This document shows positions 1 through 11,844 of a DNA stretch of 64,000 bases, piece by piece (position 1 is the stretch's first letter; every line of letters begins with the position of its first letter). The DNA comes from Azolla caroliniana (Eukaryota > Plantae > Polypodiophyta): positions 17,980,001 to 18,044,000 of the forward strand of contig JBHGNT010000017.1 of NCBI GenBank assembly GCA_043228905.1, written 5' to 3'. Under the pieces are notes generated by a model. The model saw nothing but the letters and a program-made list of their open reading frames with translations, was not told the DNA's origin and made no database searches. Made by a program: the position numbers and the translations under genes.

Positions 1-618
1 ACGAGTCTAAGTAGTGTAGGTACGTCGCTAACAATTCGAACATAGCAATCAAGAGGGACATGGGTTCAATCACTATGTAAGCCAAGGTTAAGGTAATGAA
101 CATTGAGGACCAAGGTTGTAGGAGTCTTACTTGGGTCAAACCCTACAAGCTCAATAAAAAACTGTAACTTGACTTGTTTGGGATTTTAATTCTCCAATAT
201 TATGTCTAGATTTATTTTTATAAGTGGGAATGACAGAAAATTACCACGAGTTTTATCCAAATTTAGCCCTAAGAACTTTCATCGTTGATGTTGAAAATGC
301 CAACCAACAAATTTGAAGTTTTAAACGGCTTCTAGAAAATGAAGGGCATGATTTTCTTGAAAAATAGAAGTTATATAGCTTTGATGTCTAATAATTCCTA
401 TTACAATCAATGTTATGGGTTATGTAATGTGTCTTAGAGTTTAATTAAAGATATTTCTACATTTGTCTATTTACATGATTGATCTTGAGGCTCACATTTT
501 TTGAGTGGAATTAATTACTAAATGTCATCAAATTTGAGGCATTGGGTTTTAAAACTAAGTTTCCATGTATCTTTAACAAACATGTCCATTATGCACTCAC
601 ATTGCATGATAAATATAG

Positions 619-1286
619 GCATATATATTGGTGATGGGAAGGTGATCCATTTCACCAGAGGAGAAGGCGAAGAACTCGGCACTGGCACAATGTTTGACAG
701 TTTCCTTACAGCATCGGCATCAACCCCAATTCATGGGCATCGTGGCCCTTGTCCTTATTGTGGTTTGAATAAGGATAGCAATGGGGTTCTTCTCTCATGT
801 TTGGATTGTTTCCTTTGGGGATACCCGTTGCATCGGTTTGAGTACGGGGAAAACCTTGTAGTTTTCCTAGCTAAAGCAAGAGGTGGAACATGTACACTCG
901 CTTTAGCGGATTCTCCTGACATGGTCTTACATCGTGCAAAGTATCTCTTGAAGAATGGGTTTGGGTGCTATAATATTTTTCGAAACAATTGTGAAGATTT
1001 TGCTATGTATTGTAAGACTGGGCTTCTTATTTTTCATGGGAGAGCCATTGGAACAAGTGGGCAAGCAGCATCGGTTGTTGGTGCTCCTCTAGCAGCTATT
1101 TTATCTTCTCCTCTCGCATTTTTAACGGCCGAACCGTGGGGATATGTGGTTGTGACAGCCAGCATGTATTGTATCAGTAGGTACGCAACAGACTTGAGCA
1201 ATAGAGTGGATGCAACCAAAATTCCGGTTGAAGATCTCGTGACCAAACTTGGGCCATCTCTTGCAATGCAACCAAAACGATCATAA
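619..1286 (+). CDS. LRAT/NC-domain protein (LEAD-SENSITIVE 1-like), last coding exon; no upstream exon identified in window
   Basis: GIYIGDGKVIHFT and NNCEDFAMYCKTG motifs, AKARGGTCTLA; AG acceptor at 617-618 precedes the conserved part. Confidence 0.88.
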
Positions 1287-2002
1287 TATTAACATTTCAT
1301 AAGGATATTATTTGAGGACCTACATTCATTTTTAGTAGATGTCTCCGACTATATGCCCAAAGAAATGGACTAATGACATCAATGCATGTTTGAGTAGGTA
1401 CTAGTGACAAAATATGTAGTTAAGCCTATATATCTATAGTATAATAAGTATCACAACATACTATCTAGGCTGCAAAATAAATTTTCAATTGTTCTTAAAA
1501 CCCAATGTTATAAATAAATAAACTTTAAGGTTTCACCTGTTTAGCCTATAGATGCGACCAAGCAATTTCTATGGTGTCGTTTTGGATTTCTCATCCCTTA
1601 ATAGCAATTCTATCTATTGCATTGTTATATTGAAACTATAGTTGAAGAATGCTCATCTTGTTGACATCATTTAAGGGTACAAGGATCAAACCTACATGTT
1701 TTAACAATAGGTATTATTGTAATGTCAAGGATATTAGAGAAAGGTATGTACATGGATGTAGTACCTTAGGAAATGTATGTACATCGTGTGTAATGTTGTA
1801 GCATGTTGTGATCTTGTGCAAATTAGAGAAAGAGTAATTTGCTAAAGTTGAAATGATATGTGACAATCATGCAATCGCCCCAATACATGTATATAAAGTC
1901 TCTTCACTAGTAGATTGTTATGATCTTCAATCCCAACTATCAACTCCTTTTGTCTGTCTCTCTTTTGCATATGTTGTCACTCCCATGTATTGGCTCCACC
2001 AA

Positions 2003-2120
2003 TCTCTTTCATAATAGCTTGATTCCATCTCCAGTCAATGTGTTCCATTCATCACATATTTTCTCTATCAAACATAGCTTGGTTCCATCTCCAATCTATG
2101 CGTTCCATTCATCACATATT
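2003..2120. repeat. 60-bp tandem repeat, 2 copies
   Basis: atagcttg(a/g)ttccatctcc...ccattcatcacatatt at ~2014 and ~2074. Confidence 0.8.
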
Positions 2121-2700
2121 TGATCTATGAGGCTCTCATTCCAAACAAAGGATACCGCCAACATTATCATCAACATTGTTCAATGTTGTGTTAGGAATTT
2201 AAACTGGTTTAGGCTTGCACTTGCAATCGCTCAGAGATATGGCGGTTAGTTTAGGACAACTATTTATACATGTCTACCTCTCGGTACTCAAAGATATGTT
2301 ATATTGATCCTATCAACTTTTTTAGAATGACACGAGTAAATACTTCTGCTTGCAAATCTACCATTGGGGAGTATTCACAAAGGAATTGTTTTTGTACAAG
2401 ACAATCTGTGCAATTAGAAATATTTATAGGAGATTGCAGCATCTTGTAGCCATAGAATTCTGGCAATTTTCCTGGCTACTTGGCAATTTTTCCCTTACAT
2501 AGCGTTATGGCGTATTCAAACTTAGTTTGTGCTCATAAAGGCATTGATTGCCATTTTTCATTATAAGAGAATAAATATCTCTCTAAATTACATATTTGGG
2601 GCTATAGATGAGCAAAGAATGAAGCTTAATTCCATCTCTATGATTATAGTACACCATTTTACAATCTAGAGTACAATTCATTGCACGCGATGTCTATGGA

Positions 2701-5700
2701 CTATATGAGCTTCTCAAATTTGTCCAAGCGTTGGATTCTCCTCATCGATAGAGTCAAGAGCAACACAAAGATACCTGAAACAAAAAAAATCAAGAGTTAG
2801 AAAAGCTGCATGCATACCTCTAAAACAAAGAGAATTTTTCTCGCCTATCATGCACTATCGGAAAAGTGGCAAAGAATAGAAAAGACAATTGTGTTTTCTA
2901 GTTATTTTCCGTCCATTCGCTCATTTGTTAAAAAAGAACATGAAAAAAAAATGAATTATGAAGAAAAAAAGGAAGGGCTGTAAACACAGCATTGCTGTTG
3001 AGAGAGTTGGGAGGCAAAGCAAAAAATTTGATGTAAACTTGAATCATGAATACCTGATCCAACAAAGGAACTGACTGAATAAGGAGTTAAGCCTTGTCCG
3101 CTCAAAGACACTCCAACATTGAGTAGTGTTCCAGCCATCACCGCTTGAACGGTTGCCATTTGGAGAATGGACGCCCTCCTTGCAGCCCTCTCTGCCTGGA
3201 GGAGGTACATTGATGATTTTTTAAGAAAACACAGGAAAAAGTACATATACAGCTTCTTTATTATCACGTCGACATATAATTATATATGAAGAAAAGCATG
3301 AAATCTTTATTAACATTCAAATGTCTAGTCTCAAAATTTCAGCATGGGGTTTTCTTACCTCACTCACTGCACATTACAGCAGAGAACCATGTTGGCATTT
3401 GAACTTTACATAAAACTTCTAGTAAAAATGCATTTACACTATTGTCCTTATGGTGTTGATATGGAGTTAGAAATGAAAAAAAGAATGCCATCTTAGAATT
3501 CAATCTCTCTTCTGAATTTTGGCATGAACTTTTTTTTACCACTCTCTGCACATGATGCCAGAGAAATATGCTTCTGCATCTCGAAGATGCTGACATGTGT
3601 TGCCAAGTCTAATAATATAAACGTAAATCCTTTTCCAAACACCTATAATAATGTATTTTTTCTGAATACATTGTTGACATCATCACAGCAGAATTATATA
3701 TGCACCTCAAGTACTCTGACTCGAAGCTTTAGATCGCCTGCTTCCAACTGCTGCAAGATTTCATCTATCCTTTGTATTCTCATCGGCATCGAAACGGTTG
3801 CATCTCTTGCCTGCAATAACAATTACAATCATCTTTTTATCTCTATCAATTGTGAGCATGCGATCACTTTTGCATTTTTTTTATTTCGAGTACTAGTTTT
3901 CATACAACCATGAAAATCAAAAAGCTTTTTAGTTATGGAGGAAAAGTAAAACTGACATCATTGGCTTGCTTTTGTAACTCTTGGATAAAATAGTTCCCAT
4001 TCCTCTGTGTACTTTTTATATCCAAAAGTTCCTGAAAATGAAAAAAAAAAAGTGTTTTTCTTGATTGTGGGAGAGAAGCTATGTCTTCCTGAAGTGCTAC
4101 TACACAGTATAGAAACAAATACCTGTGCATATGGAGCAGCGACCTTTGCAAATGAGAAATCTGAGTCAAGAATATATCCAATCCCTGCATTGATAAGCAG
4201 TGATTTGTAAACATATTAAGAAAGCCATTACAATAACAAAGCCATTAATTATCTCTTTGACATGAAAGCTAACATATGTACATTTATCATGAATTCTAAA
4301 ATAGTTCATCAGGTATTAAAAAGATGTTGGTCGTTCTCTCATATTGTTGCCATATTTTGATGCACACCCAGAAGCTGATTATTACTGTTCTATAAGGACA
4401 GCACTAAAATAAATAGCATTATCCCTTATTTACATATGTATGCACACATTGGGTTTGCAATTTAAGCGCATTGTGAGTGACTGCAGAAGTTTAAAAAAAA
4501 CAATAATTGATTAAATAGATAATAATAAACTTCTTGAATATGGTTAATCCTCACACAAGAAATTTCCAGATCCCCCATGCTGAATGCTAAAAGATTAAAT
4601 GTTGGGAAAAAGGAGCCAACAAATACAGTATTATAAAACAATATCTTAAATAATATCAGTTTAAGAATTATTTTAACCTTCTAAGGTAGAAAAGGCACGC
4701 AAGACAAACGTGAAAGTTGCTGGAAACCGAAAGGGTTGATCTAAAGCTATTGCAAAAAGATCCTGCAGCAATCAATTACAAAAATAAGGAAAAACCGGCA
4801 TATTAGGAAAGGCTTGAATAATTACCTGTGATAGCCATCTAGTTTAATATATGATATTTTTTCAGCACGAATTGAGCTTACCTCTCCAATGGCAGAGAAG
4901 GTTGTTGCTTCATCAGGTCTCTGGTTCATTAAATTATTCAAAAAGAACTGGATTGACCTTCTCACCTGCATGCATAAAGAAAAAGCATCACTAAACATTC
5001 TTCTCTCCCAAAAAGGAAGAGAGAAAACATAGTGATTTCCTATTTTAAAGAGTTCAACAAATTCGAATAAATTACTTACTGATGTCATGTCTCCAGTTGG
5101 TGTGACAGCCTCAAGGTCAATAAGAGCTTGGAGGACCTGTGCATTCAATAAAGAAAATATGAAAAACATATTTACTGTTGACAACACTATAGCAATCAAC
5201 AGAGAGAATAATTTTGTTTATCAATCTGCTTTTTCATGCCATAGAAAAGAGACTAAACTTTATTAAAAGAGCTTTGAATAAAAAATATACCCCCTACCTT
5301 CTTGCCATCCTTCTCATACACAGCATAGAACATCTCAAGTAGCTTTTCTCTTGTAAATGATTTTATCTCCCCCATCATACCGAAATCATAGTATATTAGG
5401 GAACCATCACTATCAACGGCAAGGTTACCAGGATGTGGGTCTGCGTGGAAGAACCCAGTCTTCAAAATCTGCAAAAGATAATCCAGAGGACGTGATTTAA
5501 TGAATTTACCAATTCACGGGTATGAAATGCATAAAAGATTCACTTGATGGCGAACCTGAATCAAATATCCTTCAATAGCTCTACTTGCAATGAGAGCGCG
5601 GTCAAAACCTCCAGCATCCAGCAAAGCAAGGTCATTGATTTTGATGCCTGGTAACACATACATAAAAATAAAAGAATCTTACTAGGAATTTCTTCCTGGT

Positions 5701-8700
5701 TTTTTGAAATTGGAGAGTTTGTAGCACCTAGGATACACCAATGATTTTCTGGGCAGAGGATATGGAGTTGAGCAATATACCTGGAACATATTCAAGGGTC
5801 AAGACTTTGCGAGATGTGTAGTCCCAGAATATTTTCTGCCATCAACAGGTCATATAAGAGGGGCTCCAACATGTTTCCCTTTAAATCAGCCACAAACTAA
5901 ATACAAACTTGCTGTCACTTACTGGAACTCTGACCCATTTAATGTTTCGGAAGTCGCGCCTAAACCGATCAGCATTGCGTCCTTCATTTATATAATCAAT
6001 TTCCTGATATAGAATGCTGAAATAACACAGTATAATACATTCAATAATTCCTCTAAAATACTCAAAAGACAAGCCAAATACAACAGTAATAGATATCATG
6101 TAAGTTCTAGGCTTTACGTAGAACATTCCTCGTAGATGCCCAGCCAATCCCTTGTTGGCCCTCCTAATGATTCACTATTTTGGAAGTATTCAGCAATTAA
6201 CTTTAAGTTGTCTGTGGAAACAACAAATAAAAAAATTTGAAGTAAGAAGTGTAATTTCTTGTGAAGAAGTTATGAGCTGTGCCTTGTTCACTGGCAGTAT
6301 GCAAAGTATTACATTGTCGAAAAAGGACAAAAGGATTTTCATGGGATAATATTTTTTGAATTTCGCACCATACAGTTGTTCAAGATATACACGTGCACTA
6401 ACATGAATGCCAACTTCAGAAGCAGGAATTAACTTACTTAGGTCAATGTCAAAAAGCTGTTTTAAGCCAGGCCTTTGAATTTTTACAGCCACTTTCTCCC
6501 CGTTAAGAAGCACAGCTCTGTGGACCTGAAGAGGAACAGAACAATACCACACATAAGTCTGTAGTAAGGCAACCCTGATACACCAAAACTTGTTAAATAA
6601 TAGAAAGACTTATAAGCTACCAAAGCCCAAGGTAACAACCCCTATAACACACAGCACAACTTTCTAGATCAGAAGGAAACTTTCTTTGGTTAATGAGGAT
6701 TTCATGACTGCTTTGAGATACGTTTTCCAGCATCATGACTAAACAAAGATAATGAAAACCACCAAAACGCCACATTATATACTCATGATGGTCCTACATG
6801 CAGACTCTTTATTGATGGAGTGTACACTAAATAAATAGCTAATTCAAACTAAAACAGAGCTCTTTCACCTGCCCAAGACTGGCTGCAGCAATTGGTTGCT
6901 CGTCAAACAGCATAAAAAGTTCATTCAGGGGCTGTCCCAGCTCTTTCTCAATTAGTGTGATAGCTTTCTCTTTAGAGAAGGATGGAACACGGTCCTGCAG
7001 ATGTGACATCTTCTATTAGAATCATTTGAAGGGAGATTACTACAAACATGTTATATTGTAAATTAACCAAGTAATTATTTATCACATGAACCCATTACTG
7101 AAAGGAACCCAGAAATAGAGAACTTCTTCTTTTAATGATAATATACCTGTAGTTTGCTAAGCTCCTCAACGAATTCTGCAGGAAAAAGATCAGACCTTGT
7201 TGATGATAGCTGTCCTAACTTAATGAACGTCGGGCCTAGCTGCAAGATTCTCTCTCTCACCCACGAAGCTGTACTCCGTCTTCTAATTTTCTGGGTCTCC
7301 CAATAAGTATTAAAGTGATAATATCAGCAACAATTTCAAATCAATGAGTTTTACAGACATTAACAAGGGAAAGAGAGAGAGAGAGAGAGAGAGAGACACA
7401 CACACACACACACAGAGTCAATACCTGTTTCTCTTCGGTGAATCCACCAACAAAGGTCCATTTAGCATTATCGATATATATACGAGCTCTCAATGATAGA
7501 ACAAAGCTCCATACATCAACTGATCTCTGGAGACTGTTGTAGTCTTCTTTTGACCAGCTAAAAGACTCATCAGAAGGCAAAATCTTGACATTGTCTTCCC
7601 ATGAAATAGACTCTAAAGATGGCATCACTCGTGAATTTTTCCGCTTTGCAAGAGCCCCAGCACCCTTGGGATTGACTTGATTTGTTGTTCCAGCCTCGGA
7701 AGACAGGGAAATTCTACTAGATGTATCAGTTTCAGTATTTCGGATAGAAGTATCTCCAGGTGCTTTTCGGCCATCATTCATTTTCACTGATGAATTATCT
7801 GATCAAAAGCACAATTGTATCTTTTAGCATCCAATTTAGAATCAGGTGACTTTCCAACTGGTTTTCATTTCTTTTCTCAATGAAATGTTTTTATGCTTGA
7901 GAATGAAATTGTTTGATTCAAGAGGGATAGTTAGAGGGAGATATTATTTTAAACATCACACTCCACCAGGAACACAAAAATTCAGTTTCTGTGATTTCAG
8001 AAAGTCCAGATTGTCTAGCTAGCTCAGAGATATTGATTAAGCAGATAATTCATTTCTGTCCCCTCACTTGTTTTCTTAAAGCCCATCACATGAAGGGAAC
8101 AGGATTACCCAATGGTTATGGAGGAAACTTTAGGCATTATTCACAGCGCATGTTGTAGCATCATCATTTGCAGATTCTTTGAATAGTAGGCATGCACCTT
8201 GATGGAATCATATATCCTCTTGCAAATCTTTGCTATCCATGAACCAACATCAGAGGTCCCTTTACTATCATGGCATTACTGACTCCATTCAGATAGACTT
8301 AACTGGCATCTTTGCCACAATGTAAAAGCTGGATTCCCACTCACACAAAGTTAGTTGAGGGCAGCTTAGCTTTCACCATGGGAGGAAATAGAGTTACAGT
8401 AATTTTATAACTAATTTATACCCAAGAAACCCTCATTTGTGGGTTGGCTGGCTAAATATATTGGCGATCCAATGCCAGAATAACTTCGACGCTAGTACTT
8501 TCCAAATTAAAACGTGCAATAAATCATGATTGGTGTAATAGTATTCTCCAAGGTTCCTCGGCTAAAAACTTTTGTCAAATGCTGACGCAAGATCATCTTC
8601 GTCCAGATTCAAAACCTCTACTGCCATTTTCTGTGCAGTAAAAACGTGTGAACGGAGCAGTTGGCACAGTTAGCATTTACCTCCTTCTATGAGACTTCGA

Positions 8701-9287
8701 CCCTTACATTTTTATGCAACCAACCATATTACCACCATGTGAGCACCATGCCCCTTTTCCAAGACTTCCTTCCATGAGGTTCTTGTTTTTTGCAACCAAT
8801 CATTTACTGCCATGTCATACTCTTTAAACCAGCCAATCCTTCACCATCACCTCGCACCTACTCTTTTCGACAACTTATAATTTATCATCGTTTCAGCATG
8901 GCTGCATCTTTTCCAAATACTTATTTACAGACCTTACAAACCCTAGCTTAGAGTACCTTCAACTTCTTTGAGAGAACCCAAGGAAGGAAACCAAACTAAA
9001 CCAAGATAAAAGAAATCACGGTAAAGAGACTTACTCTTCAAAGCCTCTTGAATGGGAATCATACGGGAGTCTCTTCCATTGACTGGTCTTCCATTCTGAG
9101 AACCGTTGATGGAAACCTTCTCCGGAGAAGATGATCTTCCGGTCTGCAGTGTAGCTAGGGTTGTTGTGCGTGTTTGGCGAGGGAGGAGGAGGCGGCGGCA
9201 TCGCAATGGAGAGGAAGGTCGATTGGGATGAATCCGAGAGAGATCAGCAGATGAGATGTGGGCCGAGAAGGTGAGGCAATGATCCAT
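2701..9287 (-). CDS. ABC1K7: ABC1 atypical kinase, plastid ABC1K7/SIA1-like, multi-exon
   Basis: Exons encode LGPTFIKLGQ, AAASLGQVHRA, VAVKIQRPGL, EIDYINEG, GFFHADPHPGN, YYDFGMMG; C-terminus RIQRLDKFEKLI* (stop 2701-2703) matches the K7 type; transit-peptide-like start MDHCLTFS at 9287; GT-AG introns. Confidence 0.9.
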
Positions 9288-9696
9288 GGGCACTATAATG
9301 ATGATGATGATGATGGTGGTGGTGATGGTGATGATGATGATGAAGATGAAGATGATGATGATTGACACACGCAGAGATGAAGAGGGCTATGGCGATAAGA
9401 AATCTGGCGGGCTGGCTCTCTTCTCTCGATCTCTCGAGTGAGGAAAAGATATCATTGTGAGGGAGAAAAGGGTCTTTTTGGTAGGCCCCCACCATAGCTT
9501 GTGTTTGCAGAGGTCGACCTTCTCCCACTTGGCTTCACGAGACGTGCTTCCTCTGCTTCCATGGAATCTTCTTCACTTTGAGCTTTCATCGTTCTTTCTT
9601 TCTTTCTTCTTCTTCTTCTCTCTCTCTCTCTCTCTCTCTCTCTGCTTACGTGTCATCTCGTGCTGACGTGGAGCGAAACGATTGGTAGCCGCCCCT

Positions 9697-9933
9697 GTGC
9701 TGATGTGGCCTGGAATCCCATGGTCCAAAGAAGGCGCTGATGTGGCACAGAATCATTGGTCCCAGGGTAATGTGTTGATGTGGTGCATAACCAATCATTG
9801 GACCCATGAATGTGCTGATGTGGCGCACAATCATTGGCCCAATGAATGTCCTGATGTGGCACACCATCATTGGCCCAAGGAATGTGTTGATGTGGCGCAC
9901 AATCATTGGCCCAAGGAATGCGCCGATGTGGCA
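9697..9933. repeat. ~36-bp minisatellite (~6 copies) with TGATGTGGC core, upstream of ABC1K7
   Basis: unit tgtgctgatgtggcgcacaatcattggcccaaggaa repeated with variants. Confidence 0.9.
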
Positions 9934-10599
9934 GCACGGAGAATCGCTATAGTTGGCTTCTTGTGTCTGGCTTTTTCTGGACGCTTTCATATTGATGCAC
10001 CATATTACACACATAGTCACCGGACAGCGAAAAGAAACGTTGAGAGACAAAACAAATGGTCACATATAGAATACGAACCTGATGATACATCGTCGGCTTG
10101 CTGTTGCGGTGCAAGATCATTGGATCCTGAGAAAAATCCAAACCCGAATCCATGTTGAGGTGGCCGGCCCACAGTAATTGGTCAAAGTCAGGAGATGCTA
10201 TGACAATTTCGGAGTCAAACAGCTTTGAGAACGGAGACACTTCTATGCAGAATCCATTCTATATATAAGTATCAATTGAGATCCCCATGCGTCTTTCGTA
10301 AAGACCTTGAAAAACCTAACACATTGGTTCTATAACTAACTTGTGGATGTAATAACATCAAATGTGTGAACATGATCAAAGAGCTATGGAAAATAAACGT
10401 GTGAGAATAAAACAACAAAGTCGAGACTCAACGTGTTGAGATGAAGATTAAGCTTTAATTAGGACTTGCGGAATAGATTTGTACGAATAATCACATAAGC
10501 AATGGAGACATCTCAATATGTTGGATAGGCCATATGGCTGGCTACCTTCGTGTGTCCAACCTTTCTAGACGCTTTGCCAAACACCATTTATGCAAATTT

Positions 10600-11078
10600 G
10601 CCCCACCATGTTTGCATGAGATCAATGTGAATTAAGCCAATGAGTTCTATGCAAAAAATAGATCAAAGAAACTACGGATAGGGTATATGTAAGCAAGAGT
10701 AAATGGCTTTGCCTGATGAGCACAAAAACCTAGTTCACTCGAGTCTTACATGGCACATGTATGCCATGCATGCTATGCACCTATCCCCCACCATGGTTGC
10801 ATGCAATCAATGTGAATCTAAGCTAACAAGTTCTATGCAAACAATAAAGCAAAGAAACTAAGGGTATAGGGTATTTGGAAGTAGGATTAAATGACTTTGT
10901 CTAATGAGCACAAAAACCTAGTTCAATTGAGTCCAATATGGGACATGTATGCAATGTATGACATTTGCATGTCCCCCACCATGTTTGCATGCAATCAAGG
11001 TGAAGCTAACCGAAGAAGTTCTATCCAAACAATAGGACAATGAAACTACGGATGGGGTATATATGGAAATCGAGTAAG
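10600..11078. repeat. ~187-bp tandem repeat, ~2.5 diverged copies
   Basis: ccccaccatg(t/g)ttgcatg at ~10600, ~10786, ~10974; gagcacaaaaacctagttca twice. Confidence 0.85.
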
Positions 11079-11638
11079 TGAGTACAGGTGTAAAGACAAC
11101 GTATGTCCTAACTTCAAAAGAAGTATGAAAATGATGTGAGAAAACCATTTAAAAAATTTAGGCTTCCCGATCTTTCTCACTAATCGCAACAATTCTTTTT
11201 TCGTACACATGTTTTTTTTACAAACCGTCGCCATTAATATCGATACCCTGCAAGTTGCAACAGAAAGAGAATGCATTCATCAGGGAAGACATTAGATTAA
11301 TTGGCCTCACCCTCTACAGGCTGATGGCTACATAAGATTATCCATCACAGAAAAAAAAATGCAACAAAAACCATCACCATCAATCATCATCCCCACCAAG
11401 AAAGAAACTAAACTCGATAAAACCAAGCGAAACAACGCTGTATACATCCAGGACAGCTACATAAACTGACAGATATTTTTTGCAATATGTCAGATATCTT
11501 CCATTTAGCACAAAAAACAGATCAGGGAAACAAACTCTGGGTTCTCTTTCAAGGAGGTGAACTATTTTTGCCAGAACATTACATAAGCCCGGAGTGGTCT
11601 GATTTATGTATTCCCAAGAAGAATGTTATACAAAAGTA

Positions 11639-11844
11639 GTGGAAGCACGAAAGAGTGATGCAAAACTACTCCAATGGTTTCTCCCACCATCCACTGCTAC
11701 TTCTTATGAATCTATCTTTTATACCAAACTCTTCATTCTGTGTGGAAGCACGAAAGAGTGATGCAAAACTACTCCAATGGTTTCTCCCACCATCCACTGC
11801 TACTTCTTATGAATCTATCTTTTATACCAAACTCTTCATTCTGT
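11639..11844. repeat. 103-bp perfect tandem duplication spanning the SR-gene stop codon
   Basis: gtggaagcacgaaagagtgatgc...cttcattctgt at 11639-11741 and 11742-11844. Confidence 0.93.

Noticed and set aside
55-85. gggttcaatc, a B-box-like motif (tRNA or SINE)
   Set aside because: No cloverleaf, A box or tail visible
8040-8900. Coding-like composition in ABC1K7 intron 1
   Set aside because: The frames I read were interrupted and showed no recognisable motif; possibly an ancient TE
9244-9528. Poly-His ORFs here and at 15355-15567 and 34504-34743
   Set aside because: Translations of (CAT/CAC)n microsatellites in UTRs or antisense to real ORFs
9697-9933. 36-bp periodicity suggesting a CRISPR array, plus periodic ORFs 9646-10158
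   Set aside because: Units are contiguous with no unique spacers and no cas genes; the ORFs are by-products of a period divisible by 3
10713-10760. CTGATGAG in the 187-bp repeat, suggesting a hammerhead ribozyme (retrozyme)
   Set aside because: No stem II followed by GAAA, no stems I/III, and the second copy reads CTAATGAG
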